Both the position numbers and the translations under genes were made by a program. Below are positions 48,356 to 61,800 of a stretch of DNA of 64,000 nucleotides, piece by piece (position 1 is the first letter of the stretch; every line of letters begins with the position of its first letter). The notes beneath the pieces were generated by a model that was not told the DNA's origin, did no database searches, and worked only from the letters and a program-made list of their open reading frames with translations. This DNA comes from Daphnia carinata. Lineage: Eukaryota. The stretch is from NCBI RefSeq assembly GCF_022539665.2, contig NC_081332.1, positions 1,364,001 through 1,428,000 on the forward strand, given 5' to 3'.

Positions 48356-49091
48356 ATCTTTTCCGTTGAAGGACAGCAATTCAACTGAACAGGCGTTGTA
48401 GAGAATGATTCCATAATTGTAAAAACCTCAGAGCTGGACAACAGATTGACGTTGCTTGGTCAAAATCATCAATTCTCAGGAGGCATTAACGATTAACAGT
48501 GTAGGAATCGGGGAAATTGATGAAGCCAAGATGAGGATACAGGTAGGCTTTGGCAAAAATCAGCTAGTTTTTCCCACTGTCTCTTTGCTAGGATTATTAC
48601 CAGCAGAAAAAACAACCACAAAAGAGATCATCGTGGAAGGTAAATGACCTCCAATATCAATCTATCCAATATCTGTGTATGCAAGTCTCCAACGTGTTTC
48701 GAGCTTGGCCTTGAGCGTCATTACCTCCACCCATGTTCTCGTCTTGTACTCGTGCTACCGTAGTTTCTTTTGATTCCGACAATCCTCGATTCTCTGATCC
48801 CAGTTTCTTTTACATTCAACAATGCCTGAAGACAGGCAATCCATTTCTTCAAAAAAAAAAGCTGAAATAAATGGGCATTTTGTTATTTTACACACCGAAC
48901 ACAGCTAGGGCAAAAGAAACTCTGACCTAGTCGTTCGACTCGACAAAGGACAAGAATCGAATGACAAAGAATCGATTATTGATATTCGTCTGCTAGGTTT
49001 TAAAATTTTTGTCAATGGTTGTCTTAAGTGCATTAGTTTTGGACAACCAAATTGGAATCAGTCTAGTTTGACTATTTTTGCTTTGCTAGTT

Positions 49092-49693
49092 ATGGATTTA
49101 AAGAAGAAGCCTTTTAAACTGGTTAGCCAGGATCGAGTGACCAAAAAAGGAGTTGTGGCGGGGAGCCTGGAAGAGGTGAGACACAAAGGTACTTAAACAG
49201 TTTTTAAATTTCTAGTTATGCATTCCGAGTTTAACAAGGCTTTTCCGTGATAGCTAGAGCACTTTTCAACTTGGGGGCAGAAGATTTTCAGATAGTGCTG
49301 GAAGAAGATGGAACTGAAGTTGTTGACGATGATTACCTACTGTACCTTGACAACAACACGAAACTGATGGTTCTTCGAGCAAATAGCCAGTGGGCACCAT
49401 CTTTCCCCGCAGTTGATGAGACTGACTGCCCAGGAACGGAGAGGTCTTACAATCCCATTAAAATCCTGCAGAAGCTTGTCCGCAGTCCTGGATCTATTGC
49501 TCTCCTCAGCGAAGAAGAATTGGATGTCGTCTCATCTTTCACAGAGCACCACAACATTGGTATACCCCAGAGCGAGGTTGAATATCTCATTGAAGCATGC
49601 CAGAGGGAATTGGAACAGAAGAAACGAATCAAAGACGCCCTGGACTTGGTTGATTTGTATCAAAGAGCCAAACAGTCAGACATACATCCCTAA
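49092..49693 (+). CDS. CIDE-N domain protein (DFF45/ICAD, Drep-like)
   Basis: Exon 49092-49188 (KPFKLVSQDRVTKKGVVAGSLEEV) plus exon 49254-49693 (IVLEEDGTEVVDDDYLLYLDNNTKLMVL...W), the CIDE-N signature. Confidence 0.9.
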
Positions 49694-49713
49694 AAGGAAA
49701 AGGAGATGCAAAT

Positions 49714-50174
49714 CTATCGTTTTCTCTCATGTTTCCATTTATATATTGGCGGTGTGCTCTTTGTTCCAGGCGCGATCCGTACGGGTGGTTTACAACTTTT
49801 GGCCTGAAAAATAAATATCAGTTACGTGTCTGTACTTGGCAAATCAATAAAAAAATAAGTTAATTGCATACTCTAAGCATTTTTTTCATTTCCATTTTTT
49901 GTTGCGCGACCATCAGTTGCTTTTCGCGGGCGATTCTTTTTTCCAGTTGTCTGTAAGACTTCATTTGCTCCTCTGCCACATTCTTCAAAATAAGGTTAGC
50001 ACGAAATCAAGATGTGACAGAATGTCGATAAGTTTTACCTTGGTAGTTTCGTCGTTTAATATTTTACTGAGATCCATTTTTTTTAGATCTTCCAATCTAG
50101 GTCTATTGGACTTTCTTGATAGAAGAGCCGGATGAGTTTGAAGTCTGTCAGCTACATTCAGATTTTTGGCTGCC

Positions 50175-50233
<59 letters not shown>

Positions 50234-50838
50234 GATAGGTTTTACAATTGCTAGTGAGACTTAAAAACATTTGAGTTTACCTTCTTGTTTGGTGTCAACA
50301 AAAAACACGTGATTATTTGGCTTTTCTGCATCTATGAGGTGAAGCTGGGCCTGTAGTTTGTCTATCTTTCTGGACTCTACCAGACGTTTGTGGGCAATAT
50401 ACTTCAAATCTTGAGTCTGCATCAATTTCAGCTGCTCAGGAGTGCATTCTTCTTCTTTTGGTGTTTCAATGTGTTCACCCTCCTCCATGCGGGATCGAAT
50501 CATGTGGAAGTAGAACTCATCAGGATTCTTGTTGAGTGCACGCTTTTGAAGTCCTTTCAATGCCCCCTTCTTTTCATTGAAATCCCTGAAGAAAACAAAA
50601 TGTAGATTGAAATAGATGTCAAATAAAGGTGCACTTCGCTCCTTCATAATTACCTAGCTCTTTCGCGATAGTCTTTTTTTTTCTCCAGGAAGCCCAAATG
50701 GGCTCTGGCTTCCGGCTGCCAAATGCAAAGATATATCAGCTATCTGTCTACAAAACTTAATGTAAATAAGTAGTATTGTACCTGGTGTCTCTCTCGATGA
50801 GCTTTGTTTGATTTGAACGCATTTCTAAGTGAAGCCAT
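49714..50838 (-). CDS. UTP11: U3 snoRNA-associated protein 11
   Basis: MASLRNAFKSNKAHRERHQP...LGFLEKKKDY...KNPDEFYFHM...QLKLMQTQDLKY...PPIYKWKHERKR*; multi-exon. Confidence 0.95.
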
Positions 50839-51849
50839 TTTCGTTTCGTCAACTGTCGTGTTCGCAGTAAACACGTGAATAAGCAGAATGAATTTTCGTG
50901 TTCGACACCACGGCCACCTATGAAATAAAATGAGCGGTTTAATAGTATTCAAAATGCACCACAAGATGGCGAAAACTTCTAATGAATCCATCAAAATTTA
51001 GAACTGTTAACGGCGATAAGGGTAAAATGTCATGCGTAAGGGTTACAATGACGGAGGGGATTTTGTTTTCACGGTTAGTTAAACTCAATCTCTCTTGCAT
51101 TGAGGCTTGATTTGCCTTCATCCTGTTCTGTCACCACATACTACATGAAACAAACCACGCGAGAAGGCAATAATCTCGTCGATCGCGCTGCATCTAAACT
51201 GGCATAGAACTAGACTTTTTAAAAAATGCGAGTTAAATCAAACGAAATCTTTTCAGGTGTTGCTATTTGCTGCTTTTCACACGCGCTGATTCCAAATGCT
51301 GGGTCGTGTGTGTGCTGCAATGCCTATGATTTGCATAATACATCAAACGTAGTTGGCTTATTGTGATGTGAAAAGGAAGAATATGTATGAAATATAAGGC
51401 GAAAAAAAAAAAAAGGACTGATATCATAAGAATATCACCGGCTTCGGATCATGCAAAACAGGCACCCTCTCTCTCTCTCTCTGTGTCTCTCTCTCTCTCT
51501 CTCTAGCATTAGCTTTAATATGAAAATTTTTTCTCTATCATTTCCCCGTTGTTTGCGATAGATGCGACGATGGATTTTAAGCCGATTGGCGACTCCGTCC
51601 ATCCCGTCGCTTTAAAAAACAAAAATACAAACTCGCTATTCTTTTACATCGATTTAAAAAAAAAAAATCATATTCCAGTTGTACGTGAATTTATGAAAAG
51701 GAAATTGTGACTTTTTTTTTGTTTTTTATTGGAAAAAAAAAAAATTTAATTCACCCCTTTATTGCGATGCACACATGTAACAGTACTTAACTTGGGATAC
51801 GGTGGGGAGAACTGAAATGTTCCATCGGGACTTTCAAAAAATATATATA

Positions 51850-51887
<38 letters not shown>

Positions 51888-51969
51888 TAGTGAACCACCG
51901 CTAAACAGACGTCGAAGAGACAAGTCGAAACGAGTGCCATCCAGGAGAGAAAGAAAGAAAAGGGTAGTA

Positions 51970-52005
<36 letters not shown>

Positions 52006-52088
52006 TATATCTTTTGGCTCGTACATCAGGATCGGTGGGGAGGCCAGGAGCTTTTGATGCGTCTCTTGGGCATTTTCTTCACGCCGAA

Positions 52089-52128
<40 letters not shown>

Positions 52129-55100
52129 ATACGAACCACACCCCTCTCCCCCGTTCTTTTGCTGGCATATCCTTTGGGCTTGCTGTTGGGGGCTTCGTTC
52201 ATAGATCTCTGTATTTTCGTTCAGCTCATAGAGAAGAGAGGAAGAAGAAGAGCTTCTCTCTTTGGCTGTCTGCCTTCTCCCTTTGACATGCAAATGATAT
52301 GGAAAAAAGGAAGAAAAAAAAAAAAAATACATGGATCTATATAGTGGAGGGAGGCAGTTGAAGCGATATTTTATATGAGGCACAAGGAGGAGCAGCTACA
52401 CACAGAGGGGCACGAGCCAAATCTTGCTCTATTTTCCGAGTAATTGATGTAAGGTGGAAACTACTATATTTATGTTCTGTCAAATGACGTAATGAGCCGT
52501 CATTCAAACCTTCACTCTCATTTTTTTTTTCTTCTTCTTTTAAATTCTATACCCCACCCCCCTTTTTTTTCCAATTGTTTCAAAACTCATTTTAGCACGT
52601 TGAAGTATTATTATCTTTGATGCACATAGCCATCGACTTTATTAGTGTTAAAAGATAGAAGGAAGAAAAAAAAAAAAAAAAGCGGGGTCGGGAGGGGTGT
52701 AACGTGCGTGACGAAATCCGGTTGGCTGTACGGCCGCAACGGTCGACGACAAGCGCCGATGGGTTTTAGATCCGCCTGTCAACGCCACCCACCCACACAC
52801 ATTTCCTTTTTTTTTTTTCTTTTTCTTAGAGGAAAAAAAAAAAGAGGAAAATTATCTATTTTCTTTTTTTTTTTGGTATATCACATAAAAAGATGCTGCA
52901 ACCCCCGCCGTCCTTGTGGCTTTTTGATGGCAAGAGGCCTCGCCCTCTGCGTCATGTTTTTGGCTCGTGGCATCGACCTTCCTCCCCCCTCTTATTCCCT
53001 ATATCTAAAGCAATAGATTATCGATGCTTCTGCTCCTGCCCGGGCCATCTACAACGAGTAGTAGCCGCAAAGATGACCAGTCAAAAAAAAAAAAAAAAAC
53101 GTAGAGAAATAAGGGGAGAGAAGGTCATCGATATCACGTAATGTACTACGGCTCGACACACAAAAGAAGATGACAAATCATCATTTCTTTTTTTTTTTTT
53201 TCTTTCTTTTATATAGATGTATAATAGATAATATAGAAGGCTGTGTGTGTGTGTGTGTGTGTGTGTGTGCATGGAACAAGAGGTCTGTCTCTGATGTTGG
53301 GACGCGTGCGGCCATAAGAAAATAAATTGGGCGGAGCTTCTTCTCTCCATCATCTTCACGTATAGGCCGAGCTTTTCTTTTTTCTTGGCAGCACGACGCT
53401 ATGCGATTCAAACGATTATCCTCTTGTGTTTTTTTTTGTTTTTTTTTTTTAATGTATGTACGTGTTTGTTTTTATCCGGCTATTGAATCGCTTAGTTTTC
53501 GGGCATGATTAAGAGTTTTGCCCCCGCATCGTTTAACACACACACACCGCTGCGTCGGCACATTTTTTTTTTTTTTATCAATGGCGAGCAAAAAAAAAAA
53601 AAAAAAAAAAAAAATAGCTCTGCATGTTTTTAGATGAATACTGAAATTGGTTTCAGCCCTCCCTCAATCGAAAAAAAAAAAAAAAAATAGAGGGTCTATC
53701 CATCAGGATAGGACACAGGTACACAATCTCTTGTTTCATGCCACCGTGTGTTGCAGCAGCAGCTACTGAATCTCTTTAAGAGATCATACCGCGCTGTGCT
53801 ACGATTTCTTTAAAAGAAAAATATGCTATTAGCATATGATGATCGGTAAACGTTTGGAATGAATGAGTCAATGTTGTGGGGGTAGAAAAAAACAAAAACA
53901 GAAAAAAGCCAGAAGCTGTTGATGAAAGAAATTCTTCTATTATTCACCCCCCCCCCCCCCCCATCTTACGCTACAAATAAAGAAGAGCCCCCCCCCCCCT
54001 CACTAAAACGCGTTGAATATTAGTCCGCATATGTACAATCCTGAAAAAAACAAAACAAGGAAGAATAATAAATGTCTGTATAGATAAGAATGCGCCCTGT
54101 GCGTTTCTTGCAGTGGGGAGAGATGAAGGATCGTGTTGTTATGCATTTTGCCTACACATACATGAATAAAAAGAATCTCATTGAACGCTTTGATTTTCTT
54201 CTCTCGGCAATAAATGCGAGGGAAAAACAATCGAGATTCGACGTTAAGAATCGACTTCATCGCACACTTTTCTCCGCTCCCATTTTTTTTTGGGGGGGGG
54301 GGGGGGGAAATCTAGCGCATCAGTAAAATATAACAAAACAAAATCAAAATGTGACAACAACAAGAACGAAAAAAAACAAAAACAAAAAGGACACGCGGCC
54401 AAAAAAAAAAAGAAAAGAAGAAGGGAAGTGGCAGCGGAGCGCACGCGCCAATTAAATATATGCGCATATTTTGGTCGATGCGGGAATTAGACACGCTCTT
54501 GCTGATGTAGGCAACAACAGCAACGACATAGATATTTACGCACCCTCTTTTTTCTCTACGTGAATATGACTATCAAAATAATACGAATCTTCCTTAAAAA
54601 AAAATTTTTTTAAACAATCAATTTCGGATAGGTGCGTTGGAATTTTTTTTCACGACCCTCTTCGTTTGGACGCGCTGACGAGCAAGAGTTTGGCAACATT
54701 GGGCGCAAATGTCCTTTTAGAAATATTTCTAAAAAAAAAAAAAAAAAACGCCAGTCAAGGGGAGATGTGAAAAAGGGTTATTTTACAATTGGATTTAGCG
54801 TGTCAATTTAAATGTCTTCCCCCTCTCCCCCCCCTCCTCGCCGAATAAAAAAAAGAGAAAAAAGAAATGTATCATATTTGAAAGCATTCACCACACAACA
54901 CGGCATGTGGTCACATTTATCGCATTCAACCAAAAAATAGTGAGGGGGAGAGTAGTGCACACATCAATTCGATTAGAATTAAAAAAATAAAAAATAAAAA
55001 ATAGCGGCGTCTATTTAGGAGCTTTAATTGGATTAAATCGCTTTGCTAGTCCGAATCATTTTAAATAGATGCCACTCTTTTTTTTTTTTCAAGTTCTATT

Positions 55101-55437
55101 TGGGAAGAAAGGTTGAAAAGAGTTTTTGGGGGAGGTAAAAGAAGAGACTTGACGATATATTGTCTGAATATGGGCCGCCTTGAAGAGCTCAAATACAATC
55201 AGAAGAAGAAGAAGAAGAAGCACATTTTATCGATGTGTGTGCAGTGTGTAGGCGTCGTAAGGAAGGGGAACGAGATGCGCCAGCAAGAAAAAAAAAGGGG
55301 GTCGCCCGTTTCGAATATAAAATAAGAAGAAAAGCGCATTTGCAATTCAAATGAGCCAAACGAGGAGTCATCCCCTATATTCTCCCAAGTTCTTCACCAA
55401 CATTTCCACACACACAGCAGCAGCAGCGAGCGAGCAA

Positions 55438-55480
55438 TGTATATAAAAGCGAAAGAAGAGGCTACATCACAGTAGAGCGA
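55438..55480 (+). promoter_or_regulatory. Possible Pol II core promoter (TATA + Inr-like)
   Basis: GTATATAAAAG followed ~30 nt later by CACAGT. No downstream CDS was identified in the window. Confidence 0.3.
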
Positions 55481-55807
55481 CGACGTCAACAAGACGAGCT
55501 GACATTGCCATTTTCTCTCAATCTCCTTTAACGTTCAACAACTCGACTTTCAAAAAAAAAAAAAATAAATAAATAAAGTTTTTTAAGGGAAAATTGCACG
55601 GTTCGATAAATCAAGTCTTATATTCGATCCGTCGCCTCCAATCTTCTATCGTCTGTTCTACGTAATCAACTTCAAAAAAAATAAAATAAAAAGAGTTTAA
55701 ATAAAAAAAAAAAAAAATGGACGAATCAGCGTTTGAAATGCGTAGATCATGCGCTGTGTACGGGATCGATACGTTCACAAAAGATACTGAAAAATATATT
55801 CATTTTC

Positions 55808-55842
<35 letters not shown>

Positions 55843-58800
55843 GCGACCGCAGAACAAAAGGGCACTCGAACGAAAATAATAAAAGAAACAAATGATAGAT
55901 CGACGACATTTGATGACGACTACAGCAGCAGCCAAAACAAAACAAAACAAAAAAAAAAGAGTTGATGTATCTAACACGAGTCTTACAAGAGCACCGCAAA
56001 AGATAAGAAAAATAAAGAACAATCATCACTCCAGACAGACACAAAAAAAAGGAGGGGTCTGAACATGCATAAATTATGGTCAGAATAAAAAGACAAACAA
56101 CAACAACAAAAAATCTAATCGACATATCTTATACATTAATCGCAAACAAAAATTTTCAAAAGAATTGCTTTTTTTTTTTCGTGAAAAATTGCTGATTTAA
56201 CGCTATTACGCAATCGGGACCGTTTCCCAATTTCAAACACGTTCATGTCTACATTTATCGAATATTGTATCATATACACGTACACACAAAATCTATACAG
56301 CCCCGTGTGTGTGTGTGTTTGAATGTGTGTGTGTATATAAAGCTTTATAGATGGCCATCTGTCGCCTTCCTGTTTAGAAAGGGGGGGTCCGCTTGTTATA
56401 CACCGACGCCTCTAACTGCCATTGTCAGTTTTTATTTGATAGGGCCTATTTAACTAAATAGTTTTGGCTTCTATAGCAGGGACCCCCCCCCTATGATTTT
56501 TTTTTTTTTTTTTTTGTCACCACCGCAACTGTTAGATCGCGCAAAAATTGTTTCGTGAAACGCCATTGACTTTTTTGTTTTGTTTTCTAGTCGAAATAGG
56601 TGGGGGAGAGAGAGAGAGAGAGACAACAACAACAACAAGCGTCGAAATGGTTTTTCCACGCTCGACGCCATGAAAAGAAAAGAGATTTATCATCATAGAA
56701 AAAAGAACAAAAAATGCGATCGCTTACAGTTTGGCCCTTCTTTATCAATCGCTTTCTCTTTCATCATATGCCCAACTCGTCATAGACGTGCATGGGGGGG
56801 GGGGGGGGGGGAGACAGACGTTAAACGACAGCTATTCTCAAAAACGATACAATGGCACAAAATTTCGACTCCCACGTGTGTGGCTCCCTTCGATTTCAAA
56901 ACTTGCGTTTTTACCATTTTGAAAAAAATTGTATTTCGATCTGATGTGGATCGTATGACCGTGCGAATTTCGAACGTGTTGCAATAACAACAACCGAGTT
57001 GTTTGTCCAATGCGGAGATTAGAGTCACGTGTGATTGCTCTTAAATGCTCCAAATTGTAGAGGCACACAACGGTGTCGAAAAGATTGACAGTTGTGTGAG
57101 CATTTGAACGTCCCTCTTTTTTGTGCAAAACTCCAAACAATAATCTGTTGATATAAAAGCTATTCAAACGTCTATTTTCTATTTGGAAAAACAGCAATCA
57201 AATATTGTTGTCATTTCCAATCGTTTCACGCTCCGATGCATCTGATTACACCATCCCCTCTTCTTCTAAATGTATCCACATCAAACAACGACCTCATTAA
57301 ACCCTATTTATTTCAATATTTAAACAAAATGCACTTGGCCTACGGACAGGAAGTAGGAGGAGCCAGCAACGTTTTCTCATTGGCTACTTGAACTATTTCT
57401 CATATATATATATATATATATATACACCCGAGTGCATAAATGCGTGTGTACATCCGCACGGACGCCATCTTGGCTGTATTATACGAGATCACGTCTGGCT
57501 GAGCCCAGCAAAAAAGAAACATTCGTATTTCTTTCTTCTTCTTTTTTTTTTTTTTTTGCGTTGCGATGTATAAAAAAACGTAGATGCTACTGCGCATGAT
57601 CTTCAATTTTTATCTTTTGCTACGTAAAGAAAACATAAAATGTGCGGGTTGAAAATGATCTCCGCCCTTTTCTTTTTTTTTTTCTTCTGACGCATTTTGC
57701 TGTGGGTGGGGATTACATCAAAGAGAAGAAGCTTTAGAATATTTCTTCGTGCTGGATGGATGTTTAGCGTGCAGTGGGCGTGACCTCTTTTCAACGCTAC
57801 CATCTTGATTTTTTCCGTTCCTATTTAAAGATTGCACAAATCACGCGGGATAAAAGGTTTGCACTCGACGATACACTTTTGAAATGTTGTACCTCCCCCC
57901 CCCCCCCAAAAAAAAAAATATATATATAAAAAATAGAGGTGAACGCGGTGCTGGACGATTAAAGACTGGCGACGTCGGACGAGTCGCACTCTTCCTTTTA
58001 TACATATGGCCCATCTACATAGAGACCCACACACACATTGACTCTCTTTTTTTGTGTGTATAGAAAAGACGAATCATTAGCATACCACTGATATATACGA
58101 AGCATCGCAAATCGAGGGCGAAAGCCAAACTATTGGCCGCTAAAAAAAAAAAAAAAAGAAGGGCTGCTCATTCAAACTGTTTATGCGACACATTAAAAAA
58201 AAAAAAAAAGGGGGGATCATGCAAGATTCATGAATTCACGCGCCCTCATTACGTAGGCTAATGGCATTCACGCTGCCACGCTACGTAGCGCACTGTATAG
58301 GGCATCGATATATCGATCAGTAGGCGAGTTGAATTGATATTCCAAAAGCGTTCTTTTATATAGGATGTGTTATGGAACAGGAGGGGGGGGGGGCAACGAC
58401 GAAAAGGTGAAACGATGACATCACACGTTCGCCATTGGCCTTGCTGATGAGATTCAAATTGGCGCTCGTATTACGTCTACATCTCTTATACATCAAATGA
58501 AATATGTATAGCATGATGGCCGATATTCAAGTTCAAGGACGACCCATGATTTATATCATCAAAACCGCCAGTTTGTATCATTCAAAACAGCATTGGCAAT
58601 TCAAATGAACGTGACGTCACAGGTGGCTATTGAACTATTTTCACTTGAAAACATTTAAAACTTATCATCAGCTATGAAAACTCTGGCTTTTTCTCTCCCA
58701 GGATCAACGATTTCAAAAAAGAGCGCACCAGAGCCGTTGAGTCAACAGACGATCGGCATGGTGCACTAAACAAACAACAAGCGGCAGGCGGTGGATGCTG

Positions 58801-61800
58801 CCAGAGAATAATATAATCCAAAGCTGCATACACATTTTTTTTTTCTCTAGAAAATGAAGAAAAAACAACATAGAAGAGAGTAGGCACTATCATGCATGAC
58901 CACGCAACCCCCCCCCCCCCTTCAAAAAAAAAAAAGAAGCTGTATATATATATATACACGTCAGTTTTGTGTGAGAGGATCAACACGAAAGAAAATAAAA
59001 TAAATTTATAGCGCGATGAAAAAACACGAGCGCGCATATCTGGCCTAATATAAGTGGCCTCTCTTGAAGGAGATCACACAAAAAAAAAAAAAGAATAATA
59101 TGCTAATGAGGATTGATCAATGCGCGGCAACGCTTTGATGCGATTGCTATAAACACCCTTTTGCGGGATCAAGTCTATATATTTATAGGATCTTCAAACG
59201 CAAAAGAGACTATCGTGCAAACGGTGTACGGGGAATAACAACGATAGAAACATCGGTCATGTGAGACTTGGCCGCTCAGATTAGAAAATGGCACTTCCCT
59301 GAAGGCTATACAAAAAGATTGTTCATTACGCTGCGGACATTTGACGCCTTCTATATCTACGTGTCTTTTCAAAGAAAACTATATTTTTTTTTTTTTTTAA
59401 GGGGGGGGGAAGAACTACGTGCCTTGAACGGCCGAGAAAGGAAACGTCAATCATCGACTATGTCGGTTTGAAAAGAAAAATCAGAACAAAAAAGAAAAAA
59501 GAAAAGCTCGTTCTAATGAAATAACAAGAGACCGGAAGGAAATGCAACGTGACTTTCAATACGAATACCTGCATTACATTTTTTTTTTCTTTTGTTCTTA
59601 TTTTCTAAGAAGGGGCAAGAGAGAGCGCGCCAGTTTATTAAGTGTTAAGACATGGGGCCAAAAGAGATCAAAGTCCATCATCATTGAGCGCATAATCACC
59701 AAATAAGGTTCTTTTATTACTCGACACACAGTAGGGGGGGGGGGGTGGGGGTGATATTGAGCATCCAATAATTGAATACGGTCAGCATCTTATTGTTAGA
59801 TTCTCATCACTATCGACTCTTGTAGGGGGTGCGTGGTCAATGTCTTTATTTCGATCAAGAACGAAAAAAAAAAAAAAAATGTGACGGCCATATTAGTTGA
59901 TGAAGCCTCGCGTTTTCGATACGAAAAATTGTAACCGACCTTTTCGGAGCCCCCTTCGGCCATTTCCCAAAACTAAAATAAAAAAATGGGGGAATAAATA
60001 CGCACAATAGAAATCCCCCCCCCATCTATACACAAGTGTGAATAGAAGCTGGTCCGATCTTATATCGAGATACTTTATTATATACATTTTTGGATTTCTT
60101 TTTTGTTAGCATCAGTCCAGATGTGTGGCTGAGGGTTCTTTATAAATAGAGGAAAAGGGAGGGACTTTTTGGCGGAGCAGAGACACACACACACACACAA
60201 AAGATGGATAGATACAGTAGATATACACACAGACACACACACACATCCGATATCAAAGAGGGAGAGAGACGATAGATACTTTGAAAAATATATATATGAA
60301 AAAGAAAGAAAGAAATGGTTAGCCCAAGCGTGTAATCCGTTTTGCCACTGGGTGACAGGCGCGAACACATCAGCAACCTCACGCATGACAGGCTCCGGCC
60401 AGTTGTGCCCGTCCGTCGGGGGCAAACTATAGACCACCATATTTCCGAACTACCCCCCCTCCTCCCGAAAAAAGAAGAAATGATGTGTGTGATGGTTGGT
60501 GGCGTGTCGGACAAGCGCTCATTTGAATATTAAAGTTTACGTCTTTAAGGAAGAATTCTCTTTAAATGCAATTTCGATTCAAAGAGATGGTGAATCCCTT
60601 CATTTCATCAATCAGAGTCCAACGCACAGAAAACAGATCAATAAAAACAGCTTTTTTTTTTTATCGCACTCTCCACCCCCTACCATTTCGATATTTATCT
60701 CGCATTTCGAAGTGTAACGGACAAAGAGCAATCGCAGATGAACCTTGTTGGCGCCTTTCACCCCGGGGGTTCTCTGTTGGGTCATCAAACGCCACGTTAA
60801 GAGAAAAGCGGTGCCTTGATGCGACACTTTCTTTTCATCTTCTAGGACAGAGGTGTCTATTGCATTCCACCATCACACAAGATCAAAAAGTTTTATTTAA
60901 ACACCTCCTTCAGAAATAGCATCTAGTAATCAAGTCACGTTTTCACACAAGAAAAATGGTGAGGTACAATGAAGAGCCAATTGACGTCCCATACATCGAC
61001 GTGATGTACTATTTATAATATGTATAAATAAAAAAATAAAAAAAGACTTTTTTCTCTATGTTTTGAGGGGGGAGGCTGGATAATACAACGCTTGAAAAAA
61101 AAAAAGGAGGTGTGGGAGTTGAAAAAAAAAGAGGGGGGGGGGCGAACCTTGCGAAGCGGACGACGCTACGAGTTGACTTGTAATTTGACGATAACCGAAT
61201 TTCCGCATCAGCTTTGAACGCTAATGTGTCACGAAGTCTGTGTAACCCCTCCTCTGGCTATCGCCTCTGACAAATGTTACAATGGCAGCAGCCCCATGTT
61301 GCGCGCCCTCCCCTCCTATAAGAGAAGACCCCCAAGTCTCGTGGATGGGGGGGGGGGGATCGTCGTGCCGAAGGGGAAATAAAAAGAGACTGGGTCCCAA
61401 AATTCGGTTATATCATTATATATTCCCTACAAGCAACATCACCAGTATACAAGGGTGTGTCTCACTCTTAAAAAAAAAAAAAAAAAAAAAGGCCAGAGGG
61501 TATGTGTGAGCGTCGCGACGCCATGCCATCAAGGGCATTTTTTAAAATAAAAATAAAAATTTTTATTTATTTTTTTGCAAAACCAAGACACCTTTTAAGA
61601 ATACTTAAATAAGGTGTGAATGCAAGAAAGAAAGAAAAAGAAGTTGAATGTGAAATGGAGAATGTTGTAGGGCCGAATTGGAGCGTGAGTGTAGAAGAGA
61701 AATGCGATTAGACGATGGGGGAGAGGGGAAGTGACACGCAAAGGACATGACGACGTCTGAAGTGACGTCTTAACAAGAACGACGTGCCTTTCATCCTTTT

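Noticed and set aside
48650..48845. Short minus-strand reading frame upstream of aminopeptidase copy B
   Set aside because: Interrupted by a stop after ~29 codons; more likely 5' UTR or intergenic sequence.
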